A DNA stretch of 64,000 bases from Octopus sinensis (lineage: Eukaryota): positions 69,068,001 through 69,132,000 of the forward strand of contig NC_043006.1 in the NCBI RefSeq assembly GCF_006345805.1, in the 5' to 3' direction. This document shows, in pieces, positions 22,690-35,735 of this stretch; positions within the stretch are counted from its first letter, which is position 1, and every line of letters starts with the position of its first letter. The translations under genes and the position numbers were made by a program. A model generated the notes under the pieces. That model made no database searches and had not been told where the DNA came from. It saw only the letters and a list, made by a program, of their open reading frames with translations.

Positions 22690-23390
22690 CATGCACGGTT
22701 ATATGTAGGAAAAGTAAACACACTCTGAGTTGTGTATATACATATGTATATACACAACTCAGCTACATGCAGGAAATCAAGCACACACACACATATACAA
22801 TTCATACAGAGATGTATACAAACGGTTATATGCAGGAAAACGCACACACACATTCGCACAAATGTACATACATATACTTATGTACTGAGATATATAAACA
22901 CAACCATTTGCAGGAAAACAAACACAAACACAAATATATAAATATACAAATATCTATACACAAATATATACACAGTTTTTATGCTGGAAAGTAAGCACCC
23001 ACACAAATAATCATACATATATGTGTAGACATAGATATATACACAACTATATGTAGAAGGGAAAGCACACACAAACATTTAAAAATATACACAGCTCCAA
23101 CCACATACATAAAAATATATACATACATATACTTATATATAAAGATATACACACATACAGCTACATGTGAAACAACAAGCCTACACACACACATAAATAT
23201 ACGTACATATACTTATAAACAAGGAGTGATATATATACACGCAACTATATACAGGGAAGCAAGCACACACGCAAATATACACATGCTTATATACAAATAT
23301 ATATATGCACACACACAGCTCTATGTAGAAGAGCAACCATACACAAACATATACAGCTAAACACAGACAGCTCCATGTAGGGGAGAGTGA
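22690..23390. repeat. Cryptic ~70-bp-period minisatellite hidden in CA/TA-rich sequence
   Basis: About 10 recurrences of (a/g)(g/a)(c/t)tat/catg(c/t)agga/gaaa..aagcacac, for example at 22705, 22765, 22830, 23050, 23160, 23250, 23325 and 23375. Confidence 0.6.
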
Positions 23391-24311
23391 AGAGGCAGTC
23401 ACTTTACATTACTCCTCCTACTACCATACACAACGACCTCTACCTGCCACCATTTCTCCTCACACCACTAACTCCTCCTCCTCATCCTTCACCTCTCCTT
23501 CTAAACCAACCTCTACGTCTTGTTGTGTCTTCTGCTGTTTAAACTCTCGTCATGTCTCAGCCAAGATCTCGTTAGATCTCGTCACCCACTACTATTACCA
23601 CCGCAACCACCACCACCACCACCGCCACCACCTCTAACCACTCCAGTCTTCACTAGAACAAACAACAACAACTTCTTCATACACACAGGTTTGTCTTCTC
23701 CGTCTCACCTTCTTTCACATACATTCATTCATCTATCTATTTATTTAATCTGCACTCCCCCTCTCTCTCTCTGTCTATTTATCTCCCTCTCTCTCTCTCT
23801 CTCCCCTCTTGTCGGCAGTCCGTCGCCGGCTTTCCTGCCAACCGAGCACTCACCACCACCACCACCACAAACAGGCACTGCTGTATTTATATATATATGT
23901 ATATGTACATGTGTATATAGACAAACTCACTGGCGCATACACATAGAAGTTTGTGTATATTGGATTTTAGTTGTGTGTGTGCGTGTGTGTACAAGAAGAA
24001 CAAGCGACAACAGCCAGCCGCACAATAAAACACACAACCGCTGTGAAGACAAACCAACACAACAGAAGAGAATGACAACAAGGAAATAGTATTTCTCTTT
24101 ACTTTCCTACAACACACACATATATCTGCTGCACTTATATATTTCTATATATATATATATATATATTGATATATATATATTTAACGCACATATACGCAGA
24201 TATGTAAGATAACCAACGGTTATATTATATTGTTGTGCATATGTGTATATAGCCTGATAAAAAGTAAGGAATGATTATATTTCTGGAGACAAAGCATCGT
24301 TGATTTTTCAG

Positions 24312-24540
24312 TGCTGTCTGTGGCCACTTTTCTTCACTACTACATATGGATAAATGGCAAGATTTGGACAATACTAAAGGCAGGTGTGGTGTTGATAATA
24401 ATCTACCTGGACATACAACACAGCATCATACTGCCCGTACTGTTACACCTACCAAAAACATTATTGGCACTCATACTATTACGATCGGTTCGAGATACAC
24501 ACAAGATATGCTCTGTATGTTTTAATGGACGTATTTCATG
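24312..24540 (+). other. Candidate host exon (coding status unknown)
   Basis: Acceptor tgatttttcag| and donor catg|gtaagt; non-repetitive; one frame is open throughout (LSVATFLHYY...NGRIS). No recognised homology. Confidence 0.4.
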
Positions 24541-25994
24541 GTAAGTAAATTCTACATATTTATTGTTACTGCATTATAAACATGTATATATATATATACA
24601 TGTATGTATGTGTGTATGTATACACACGTGTATGCGCGCACGCGTTTGTCATGTGAATGGTATCAGGGAAAAACACACACACACGTCAAACGTGTGTATT
24701 GTGTGTGTGTAGCAGTTAGAATGCGGCCATACTGGAGCACCGCTTTCAGTGGTTTTTAGTGTCATGTTTAGTACATATCTACAACTGCCTTTATCGATAA
24801 TTCTTGTCGAACTGCTTGTCACAGGATCAAGAAATAAAACATAAACAATAACAACAAACAGAGGGTAGGTTTTTTTCGGTTACAGAAATTTTCATTAAAA
24901 TCGTAAATTGATTTTTCCGATCAGAAAGTTACTACACACACACACACAACACACACACAGACATAGAGAGTTAAGTACAGACGAGACAGATTTCAGCACA
25001 GTCGCTCTCATTGATCATTGACAAGACGCTGGTCAGTTAGTGGCTACACAAGACACGTGCTCAGACTGGTTCACTGTGAGTCCGAACTCTGAACCACGTG
25101 GTTCAAATCGAACGTCTTGACCACAAAGCCATGCCTGCTAGTAGCAGGCGCGCGGTGGTAAGTTCACGTATATATAGTATGTTTATATCTATGTATATAG
25201 GCGAAGTCGACCTATTCACGCACAAGACGTATACGTAGGTATATGCTTGTGTTATTAAGAATACGTGTATATAAATTTGTTGCGATATATGGACTGGATA
25301 TAGGCATATATATGTTTATTTTTGAGCTTTATACGTGTATATTTTTATATTGAAACCCAGAGCTATAAAATGCACACACACAAACAAACAAATTCGCAGA
25401 AACGTACGTGTGTGTGTGTCTATATATACAAATATTGATATTCAAATATATAGTTATATAAAAATATACACGCACACTTGGACATATGTATATTTATGTA
25501 TACAGATATATGTACACATGTAAATGTATTTAGGTATATGAATGCATGTATATATAAGTATTCAAATATATATATATATGAATATGCATCTGTATATATA
25601 GGTATATACATCTATGTGTGTCATATATATATATAGGATTTTGCTTAATCATGGGGCTACACTCATACTTTTTCATAAGTTACAAAGTAAGCTGAGCATA
25701 GTAATAATAATGTAAATTAACGAATAATAAAAGAACAGGAGTTACATAATCGCTTTCATTAGCTTGCAGCTGTTTCTGCTATCAGAAGCACTTACATCGT
25801 ATAGCCTCTTTGGAGCCATTTAAAGGGAATTTGAGTTTAAAATGATACATATATGAATGTATATAATATATGTATGAATATACATATATATGTCTATATG
25901 TATGAATATACATATATATGTCTATATGTATGAATATATATATATATATGTATGCATATATGAATATACATATATATATATATATGAAGATATA

Positions 25995-26379
25995 TCTCTC
26001 TCTATATAAACGGCAGTTTGTCTGTGCGTGTTTCTGTGTGTCTGTTTGCTTGTACCCTCACCCTGACCACGGCTTTCAACCGATTCTAATGAAACTTGAC
26101 ACACACATAGCCCAATGTCATAATTCAAAACTAACGCAGCGAAAATTTTGAAAAGTTCCCCCAGTTCTGAAAAAAATCGATAAATTCGACATGGGGTCGA
26201 GAATCAGAAACACGAACCACAGACTGTCTAGGGGACGCAACTCCACCTTTTTAACTCTCAAAAAAATATTTACCATCATTTTTTTTCCATTTTTTTGCTA
26301 TTTTTTGGCTATAACTCTCTAAAAATGCTTTATAGTTATTTCCCTTACAAACCTGAGCAACGCCGGGCGATACTGCTAG
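25995..26379 (+). mobile_element. Non-autonomous Helitron-like element
   Basis: 5' TC(TC)n-tatataaa start, internal tgtctg-type microsatellite, subterminal GC hairpin cctgagcaacgccggg, 3' CTAG followed by T, preceded by A. Confidence 0.72.
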
Positions 26380-26418
26380 TATATATATATATATATATGA
26401 ATTTATATATATATATGA

Positions 26419-26466
<48 letters not shown>

Positions 26467-26717
26467 TTATATATAAGGATATAAATATATATATATACAT
26501 ATGAAGATACATATTTATATATATATATAAAGATATATGAAGATACATATTTATATATATGAAGATATATATTTATATATATGAAAAATATATTTATATA
26601 CATAAAGATATAGATACATAAATATATGAGGATATATATATATATGAGCATGAAGATATGATATGAGGATATATATATATGTGTGTGTGTGTGTGAAGAT
26701 ATATTATATATATATAT

Positions 26718-26906
26718 ATCATCATCATCATCATCGTCGTTTAACGTCCGTTCTCCATGCTAGCATGGGTGGACGGTTCGACCGGGGTTCTGGGCAGCCA
26801 GAAGGCTGCACCAGGCTCCGTCTAATTTGGCAATGTTTCTACAGCTGGATGCCCTTCCTAACGCCAACCACTCCGTGAGTGTAGTGGGTGCTTTTTACGT
26901 GCCACC
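26718..26906 (-). mobile_element. SINE family C (RTE-like (GAT)n tail; ggaagggcatccagctgta core)
   Basis: Reverse complement of 58370-58554. Confidence 0.88.
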
Positions 26907-26988
26907 TTATATATATGAAGATATACATACATATATATATGTGAAGATATATATATGTAGATATACATATATATATATGCATATGAGC

Positions 26989-27054
<66 letters not shown>

Positions 27055-27084
27055 AGATAGATAGGTATTTATCTATGTGTTTTT

Positions 27085-28590
27085 ATATATACATGTTCAG
27101 CTCATGAACTGTGCCCATGCGGGGGCACTGCCATTTAGCATGCTACATAATTTTATTTCACTAATTCCTTTTAGAAATTGACATTTGGTGCATATGGCAG
27201 TTTGATGTTGCTGTCCTCATCTGCACTTCCTTCTGTGAAGTAGGTTCAACTGGGACACTTGACAGTAAGAGGTTTATTTTCGTTTTGAAGACATCTACCC
27301 CATGTAAGTTTGTCAGGTTCTCTCAGAGGATATTGAAGAGCTGTGGACCTTTTAAGCCCAGGCTGTTGCAATATCTTGTCCTATGTCTTGATGGCAAATT
27401 TGGAATCTTCGGCATTATGCAGTGGCGCCCAGTTCTAGCATTAGTGTAACTCTCAATGCCAAAGTTTGGGAAAAGTCCCTCTTGGATCTTCTGGATGTAT
27501 ATTATGTTATATCTTTCCTGCCAACACTCTAGGAAATAGAGTCTCAATCTCTTTTGAGTTTTTCCCAGTAGCTTATATGCTGTATAGAAGCTATATTCTT
27601 TGTGCAGCATTGTTGGATTGCCTTAAGTTCTTCAATTTATTTTACACTGGTTGGTGACCATAGGTAGAAGCAATAGTCAAAGCAGTTTAGGATAAGTATC
27701 CTCCAGAGGATCATCATGGTTTCCTGATCTCTCGTTCTAAAAGTTCTAAGACTCCATCTGGTCAGTCACCAACATTTCATTGCCACCTTAGCAACATGCA
27801 CGTAGAAGGATGCATCATTACTCATGTAAATGCCCAAAAGACTGACTGTGTCTCTGAGATTGCAATCCCTTCAGGTCCAGTGAATTTAATTGGTATTGCA
27901 TTTAGTTTTGCATGCTGATAGCACAAGGCTTGAAACCTTTCAGCATTAAACTGCATGCTATCCTTTTTAGCCCACTTGTATATTTCATCCAACTTGCATT
28001 GCAAGTGTATAGCATCTTCAGGGTTCTGTATCACCTGTGAGATTTTTATATCATCTGCATCACTTGTGATCATGGCTCTCTGTGTTGCTGAGGGCATATC
28101 TGAGAGGGCCATTATGAACAGTAGTCATCCCAAAACAGTGCCTTGTGGAACGCCGCTCACTATTCGCATGTTATTTGAGGTTGCCCCATTGGCTACTAAG
28201 CTGAGATCACGCAGTTTGTGACATACCATTCCATGATTGACTTTATCTAAGACCTTTGCAAAGTCGAGATATATCGCATTCACATTTGAGTTCTTGAGCA
28301 GCTGTTTCAGCACCCAGTCATAGTGTGTTGTAAGAGCTGAGTCAGGCTGTTTCTTCCTTGTAGGAAACCATATTGGGTATCAGTCAGCAAATCATTTTCC
28401 TCAAGGAAGGTGATTAATTTTCTTCTGACAATTCTTTCCATGACTTTGCTGATGGGCGAGGTCAGAGAGATGGGTCTGTAGTTTTTGGCCTCTGCTATGC
28501 CCTTTATGAATAAGGTATATTTTACCCTCCTTTGGCTTGCTTGGAAGTTTACTGGTTGAAAGGAAGCTCTGAAAGAGGGACTGCAGTGGT
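27085..28590 (-). mobile_element. CR1/L2-clade LINE reverse transcriptase fossil with 3' end
   Basis: NYRPISLTSPISKVMERIV, QYGF, IYLDFAKVLDKVNH, SGVPQGTVLG, (Y)ADDIKI, GPQLFNIL; many frameshifts and deletions. Confidence 0.93.
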
Positions 28591-28944
28591 CTTGCAAGCT
28601 GGAAGGCTGCACCAGACTCCAGTCTACACAAACACACACGCTCATTTATATGTTTGTATGAGGTGGCTTTGTTTCTGTTCCCATCTGTCAAATCCTCTCT
28701 CAAGACTTTAGTAACGTCGAAGCTACAGTGGGAGACACCTGCCCATGGTACTGCACCCAAAAGCATGTGGCTGAGAAGAATATATAAAGTATACAAGGTT
28801 GTATGAAACAATGTTAGCCTCACCGTGTGTGTGTGTGTATTTGTGTGCACGCGCACATGTGTGTGAATATATATATGTATAAAAATGTATGTTTAAGTAT
28901 ATAAAAATATATGTATATATAGGCATATACATATATTATTTAAT

Positions 28945-28982
<38 letters not shown>

Positions 28983-29539
28983 CACACATACATATAAAAT
29001 CTTATCTTCAAATATCATGTCAACTTTGGAAAAGACTTGATTCTTGAGATAATCTCCCTTTCTCATATGGAGTCTTGTCTCAGTTGCTATTTGGTTGTGG
29101 CAGGTCCTCCAGAGCTGTAGGCAATTGAAATAAATACAGAATTTATATTGCATGGTATTGGATAATCATGCATTTATCTATATACCAACTGGCTACTCGT
29201 GTGTTGTTTCTCTTAGCCTGCTTTTGTTTAATTATGTTAATTACCTGGACTATAAATTGGTTCTGTATATTTTTTGTATTTGCACAAGTCGCTTGGTTAG
29301 GAGACAAGCTGGAGATGATTTTAATAAATGAAAGAATCTATGTCCTTTGATATTTAATATACCTGTTTTTGTCTATCTTATACAAAGATAAACTGTTATG
29401 TATAAATACATATGCACATTTGTAAATATATATACTCACACATACTTCTGAACATTTTTGTGTATATATGTGCTTATCAATTTTATATAATATAGGTATG
29501 TGTGTGGTTCATTGATGTTTGTGATTATATACATACATA

Positions 29540-29585
<46 letters not shown>

Positions 29586-29775
29586 AAATGTTTATATACA
29601 CTCATATAAACATTATACTTACACACACACACACACATACCACCTATGCATGTTAATATAAGAATAAACTTGAGTAGAATAATTCAGTTTTGGAACAGTG
29701 AAACTTGAAGCATATAGAGCTATAAATAATAAAATGTATATATGGGGTTAAAAAGCCCTTTGGACTGAAGTAGAA

Positions 29776-29847
29776 GGCTGCCTATAGGACTTGAACCTGT
29801 ATCATCTAAGAACTTAGCATATATTCTGTCACTGGACCAAAGCAGCC
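29776..29847 (-). pseudogene. Degenerate tRNA-like cloverleaf heading a repeat (family E)
   Basis: Acceptor ggctgct/ggcagcc, T-arm acagg-ttcaagt-cctat, 72 nt. The downstream tail (29690-29775) recurs at 29945-30010. Confidence 0.55.
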
Positions 29848-30142
29848 CATTTGACATCCTTATTGTTACTAGTGAAAACTGTGTTGTGGATGTTATAAGA
29901 GTTTATAAAGTTTGAGAGAATGTAAAATAGTTGCTTTTTTGGAATGGTGAAACTTGAAGCAGATAAAGCTATAAATAATAGTGTGTAAATATTGGGTTGA
30001 AAACCCTTTGGGATTTGAACTCACCATTTGTATAATGTTCGCAATGAAGTTAAATGTAGAGTAAAGGATATTGAAATTTATGGTCATTTCCATACATGAA
30101 ATAAAGGCAGCCACTGCACTTGTATATATATGTTTTACGTTA

Positions 30143-30366
30143 GGGCGGCGAGCTGGCAGAAACGTTAGCACGCCGGGCGAAATGCTTAGCCGTATTTCGT
30201 CTGCCGAAGTGTTTGGGTTCAAAATCCGCCGGGTCGACTTTGCCTTTAATCCTTCGGGGTCGATAAATTAAGTACCAGTTACGCACGGTCGATGTATCGA
30301 CTAATCCCTTTGTCTGTCCTTGTTCGTCCTTCTATGTTTGCCCCTTGTGGGCAGTAAAGAAATATA
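30143..30366 (+). mobile_element. SINE family A with ~13-bp TSD
   Basis: tat(g/a)ttttacgtt on both sides. Confidence 0.9.
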
Positions 30367-30558
30367 TATTTTACGTTCATAACTATGAGTGTTAATTGTT
30401 AATTTCAAACTGCTACTTACAAAAATGGACATTTGTAGACTGGCACATGAGCTGAATAATCAATCAATATGTGTGTGTGTGTGATGCTAAAGAAAATACA
30501 ACTAGAAATTGGAATATAACAATAAAATTTCAACAATAGCTATTAGTAAACACACACA

Positions 30559-30594
<36 letters not shown>

Positions 30595-31192
30595 GCTGAG
30601 TTTGGCTGAAGCTACATTCTAAAAGTAGTTTCAAAGTAGTTGCCCAGAACTGGTATTTGGAACTAAGATTACTTTAACCTGATATTGTGTGTTTGTGTAA
30701 TAACAATGAGGAAGGGATATTGAACCGGTGCAGGCAATGGTTAAAAAAAAAGTTTGAGGAGCACAGCATGTAATACATAGACATGTATCCAGGGTTGTTT
30801 TAACAGAATCATAGGAACCCTGAGCAACATCCTAGTGTACCCATGTCTTAGGATGGCACTGTATGTGTCTGTGGAAAAAACAACCATAACAAAGGGGGTA
30901 GTGAATGCAAACTGTGTAGAAGCGTCATATACTTGAATGGTATATAAATATTTATTTTATAGATCTATAAATATATATTAAAATGTTTATATTGTAAATA
31001 TATATATATATATATATTATATATAAAATTATAATGATGGGTATCTATAATAATTATTACCAATACGTTTTTTCCATGCTGGCCACTTGATATGATTGTT
31101 ATTCTTAATAATGGTCTCGTCCTTTATTATTATGTATATATTAATGTACATCAGTTATATGTGTGTTGTTGTATATATATTATTGTTTATGT

Positions 31193-31223
<31 letters not shown>

Positions 31224-31281
31224 TGTACATATATGTATGTGTATTATATATATTATATATATATATAAAATTTATAGAGAC

Positions 31282-31527
31282 AAAACCACTATTTTGCAAA
31301 CACAAGGAAAGACTTAATCAATACATAAAATTTTAATAAATAGTCAAAAAACCGCCACTAATCGTTTCTTGTCTTGATCGATCTTAGGTGGACTTCATAA
31401 TCAGTTTCAATTAAATTTGAAATGATATGGAGTATGAGATGTCGATCAGACAAGAAACGATTGTGCGGTTGACTAAAATTATGTATTGATTAAGTCTTCC
31501 TGTTTGTTTTGCAAAAATAGTGGTTTT
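31282..31527. repeat. ~245-bp foldback of a PLE-terminal-repeat-like sequence
   Basis: 31282-31381 is the reverse complement of 31442-31527 with small indels; the palindrome continues imperfectly to a centre at ~31411. Confidence 0.88.
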
Positions 31528-32199
31528 GTAATTAATATTTTATAATGTACTATAATGGATTTAATCCTAATCTGATTTTTCCCTGTAATTTGGATTTATT
31601 CCCTAATATTTATTATATATATATATATATATAATATATATATGTATATATGTAGGTATATATATGTGTACAGTATATTATATAGCACTTGTGTGTACAT
31701 GTATATATAGCACTTGTGTTAAATATATTTGTATATAATGCATATATATATTATATGCCCATATTATATAACTACTCATGACTTGCGTACAAAAACATCT
31801 GTATATATGTGTAAGTATACACGTATGTCTTGTGTTTATATGAATATATTACAGATGTATACATACCCTATGTCGTATAATATGTATATAAATATGTATT
31901 ATGTGTATGCATGTATGAATATATTTTATATATAATTTGTATATTATTATGCACATATACACATAATGATTTTTGAATATTTGTAAATATGCAGAGATGT
32001 TTATAGGAAAGAACATGTACACAGACATTGTGTGTATATGTGTGCGCGCGCGCGTGTGTGTACAATTTGGAGGAGGGAGCAGAATGTATTTTAAATGGAT
32101 GCTTACATTACACAAGACAATCGCCCCATCACTTATACTACTACTACTACCACCACCACCACCACTACTACTACTACTACAACAACAACAACAACATAT

Positions 32200-32888
32200 T
32201 CTTTTACCCATTTCAGTCATTTGGCTGCGGTCATGCTGAAGCACCGCCCTTAGTTGAATAAATCGACCCCAGGACTTATTCTCTGTAAGCCTAGTACTTA
32301 TTCTATCGGTTTCTTTTGCTGAACCGCTAAGTGATGGATGTGTACACACCAACACCGGTTGTCAAGTGATGGTGGGGGGATAAATACATACTCACACAGA
32401 CGACGGGCCTCTTTCAGTTTCCATTTACCAAATCCATTCACAAGGCTTTGGTTGGCCCGTGCTATAGTAGAAGACACTTGCCCAAGGTGCCATGCAGTGG
32501 GACTGAACCTGGAACCATGAGGTTGGAAAGGAAGCTACTTACCACACCACTACACCTGTGCCTATATTCTTTTACTTTTCTCAGGCCATGCTGGGGCACC
32601 ACATTAGATTCTAGCCAAATTAACCCCCCACCACGTACTCATTTTAAGCATGCTATTCTGTCAGTCGCTTTTGCCTGAACTGCTAAGTTACTAGGGTATA
32701 AACACGCCAGCAGTGGTTGACAAGCCATAGTGATGATGGGCTTCTTTAAGTTTCTATCTACCAAATCCATTTAAAGGCTTTGGTTGGCCAGAAGCTGTAG
32801 TAGAAGGCACACACCCAGAGTGCCATGCAGTGGCACTGAACTCAGAACCATGTGGTTAGGAAGCAAACTTCTTACCTCACAGCCACAA
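32200..32888 (-). mobile_element. Two adjacent family B composite SINEs
   Basis: Tail and head motifs at 32200-32560 and, more degenerate, at 32565-32888. Confidence 0.8.
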
Positions 32889-32972
32889 TATACACATATC
32901 CTCGTTGTCATTGTCATCATCATTTAAGGGTCCGTTTTTCCCATGCTGGCATGGATTGAAGTTATTGACTAT

Positions 32973-33198
32973 TAGCTGGCAGAAACGTTAGCACGCCAGG
33001 CGAAATGCTCAGCAGTATTTCGTCTGTCGCTACGTTCTGAGTTCAAATTCCGCCGAAGTCGGCTTTGCCTTTCATCCTTTCCGGGGTCGATAAATAAAGT
33101 ACCAGTTAGGCATTGGATTTGATGTAGTTGACTTAATCCCTTTGTCTGTCTTTGTCTGTCCCCTCTATGTTTAGCCTCTTGTGGGCAATAAAGAAATA
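32973..33198 (+). mobile_element. SINE family A
   Basis: Head, core and A'' tail as in 2480-2714. Confidence 0.9.
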
Positions 33199-33721
33199 TA
33201 TTATTGAATGAGATGCATTTGTATATGTGTGAAAGGAGAGGGGCTAGTTGGTTGAGTAGGGAAATTAATGTGGGAGAGGATAGGGCTGTGATTTGTACAT
33301 CGCCCCACACTGACCTCTTCTTGTTTCCTCCTCCTCCTTGGTGTGAGTGAGGGTGGGAGAGAGGGAGGGAGAAGGTGGCTGAAGAAGTCAGTCCATGTCT
33401 CTCCTCTCTTCTGTCCATCTCCTCTTTTATAGCTGCCTGGGTGTCAAGATGGTGTGGTGGGGATGTGGGTCTCAGTTTATGGTCAGACAGCTTGATGGCA
33501 GTGGTGGGCACGGTCTCCTCTCTTCATTTTATAACTCTTACTGTCTCTCTCTCACCCTTCTACCTCTTCCTCCAACCACCTCTGTATGGTATATAGGTGG
33601 CTAGGGGTCTGAGGCTATTGTTATTGTCATCATGACACTCCCCCCCCACCATTTTCGTCATTGTAATGGAGTTAAAAGTGCTTCACAGCAGTAGCTCAAT
33701 CTGCAAGAAATAGCAACCAAA

Positions 33722-33985
33722 TCACCATCATCATCATTTAATGTCTGCCTTCCATGCTTGCATGGGTGGGATGGCTTCACAAGAGCTGGCCAAGCTGAAA
33801 CCTGCACGAGACATCTGTGACTGTTTTGGCAGGGTTTTTACAGCTGGATGCCCTTCCTAACAGCAACCACTCAGCAGAGTGGACTTGGTTCTTTTTATGT
33901 GGCACAAGCACTGGCAAGGTTTTTACAGCTGATGCCCTTCCTAACACCAACCACTTTACAGTGTGGACTGGGTGCTTTTTAAGTG
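33722..33985 (-). mobile_element. SINE family C with internal duplication of the core
   Basis: ggtttttacagctg(g)atgcccttcctaac occurs twice (~33833 and ~33918). Confidence 0.8.
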
Positions 33986-34098
33986 GCAAGACAAAAAAAA
34001 AAAACTTTCAAGAGATCATGTGTCGGATGATTAAAGGTTATAGTGAGACAGAAAGACAGAAACAGGTGTCTTGCTGTAGAGCAAGTACGTTACCAAGC

Positions 34099-34150
<52 letters not shown>

Positions 34151-34849
34151 TCAGGAATTATGACAGAAACAGGTGCACTATCGCAAAGGAAATACATGGT
34201 CACCCAGCCTGAGGGAAGTGCTGGAGAAGGAGAGAGAGAAAGAGAGTGGGAGACAACAGGATAGAGATGGTGGCAAAATGCTGGGCATACTCACAAGAGA
34301 TGAATCTCCCTCAAAACATAATCTAGTGTGCCAACAGGCACATTGAAGAATATAGTCCGAGATATACTTTGTCTGAACAGTGTGATGTTTAGAGCTAGGA
34401 CAACTTTGATCTGTTGGATCAGAACGGACCTAGGGCTGTAAAGATCACTAACATCATCATCATCATCATCATCATCAAGTTGATGTCTCTAAGAAGTAAA
34501 TAAAGTACTTTAATGATTCTGTAGCCCCAGGTCGGCACTGATCCAGTTGTCCTTTGATTGAAAGTCTTCTGGCTATAATTATCACATCTTTTGTTCAGAC
34601 ATAGGTTATCTACACGATCTAATGTGTGCTTCCTTATTTAGTACTAGGTCAGCTTCGATTGAGCAGACCTAAAATAAGAGGTGTTCCAGCCATGCCAATC
34701 CTGTCCATTTTTATAAGCATTGTTTAGCAGTGGTGGTAGTGTTTGAGGTAGTGGTGATACAATATAGATGGTGAGATGGTGGCTGTATTGATGATGGTTA
34801 TATATGTGATTGTGATTCTGATAGTTGTGGTGGTGTGTGTGTGTGTATC

Positions 34850-35138
34850 TTTTTACTTGTTTCAGTCACTAGACTACAGCCATGCTGGGCACCACCTTCC
34901 AGAATTTTAGTTGTACTAATCGATCCCAGCACTTCTTTTTTTCTAAGTCTGGTGCATGTTCTATCATTCTCTTTTGAAGTTACAGGGATGTAAACACACC
35001 AACACCGGTTATCAGGTGTAGTGGGGGACAAACAAAAACACACCACACACACACATGATGGGCTTCTTTCAGTTCCTTCTAACTGATCCACTCCGAAGGT
35101 TTTCGTTGCCCTAGGCTATAGTAGACACTTACCCAAGA
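34850..35138 (-). mobile_element. SINE family B composite running into the assembly gap
   Basis: Tail, microsatellite and partial head. Confidence 0.8.
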
Positions 35139-35238
35139 NNNNNNNNNNNNNNNNNNNNNNNNNNNNNNNNNNNNNNNNNNNNNNNNNNNNNNNNNNNNNN
35201 NNNNNNNNNNNNNNNNNNNNNNNNNNNNNNNNNNNNNN
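35139..35238. other. Assembly gap (100 N)
   Basis: A run of exactly 100 N, a typical placeholder of unknown size. Confidence 0.99.
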
Positions 35239-35476
35239 AGATTCCGTCCTCCTCATCTTGAGTAAGGGCACCGCTCTGTAACGGCTTAGGTTTCGAGGGT
35301 TCCACAGCCTTTTAATCCTCTGTCAAACAGCTTCAGGATCTGCGAGTGTAGATGTGGTTGTTTTCAAAGAACATTTGTATAAATTTTTATTTTGGGGTAC
35401 CAATTGAACCCACATCGCGGCTCGCTACTTTACCAGAAACAGTTCCGGAAAGAAAGCCGAGAAGTGAATGTGAAAA

Positions 35477-35544
<68 letters not shown>

Positions 35545-35699
35545 TGTGGTGCCCCAGCCTAGCCTCAGCTTTTGGCTGAAACCAGTCAAAGTGTGTAGAT
35601 GTGTGTATACGTATTTTACGTATCCTCATTCTTCTTTTTCTTCTCCTTTCTGTCTCTCTCCTTATCAACGTCCAACACGCTTTTTATAACTTGTCTATC

Positions 35700-35735
<36 letters not shown>

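Noticed and set aside
23520-24089. 189-aa ORF with apparent signal peptide and poly-Pro
   Set aside because: Starts at TTG and runs through CCA, TC and TG repeats; composition indicates non-coding sequence.
35241-35315. Protein-like frame AVEPSKPKPLQSGALTQDEEDG on the minus strand
   Set aside because: An in-frame stop lies immediately upstream, the acceptor is weak, and it is cut by the assembly gap.
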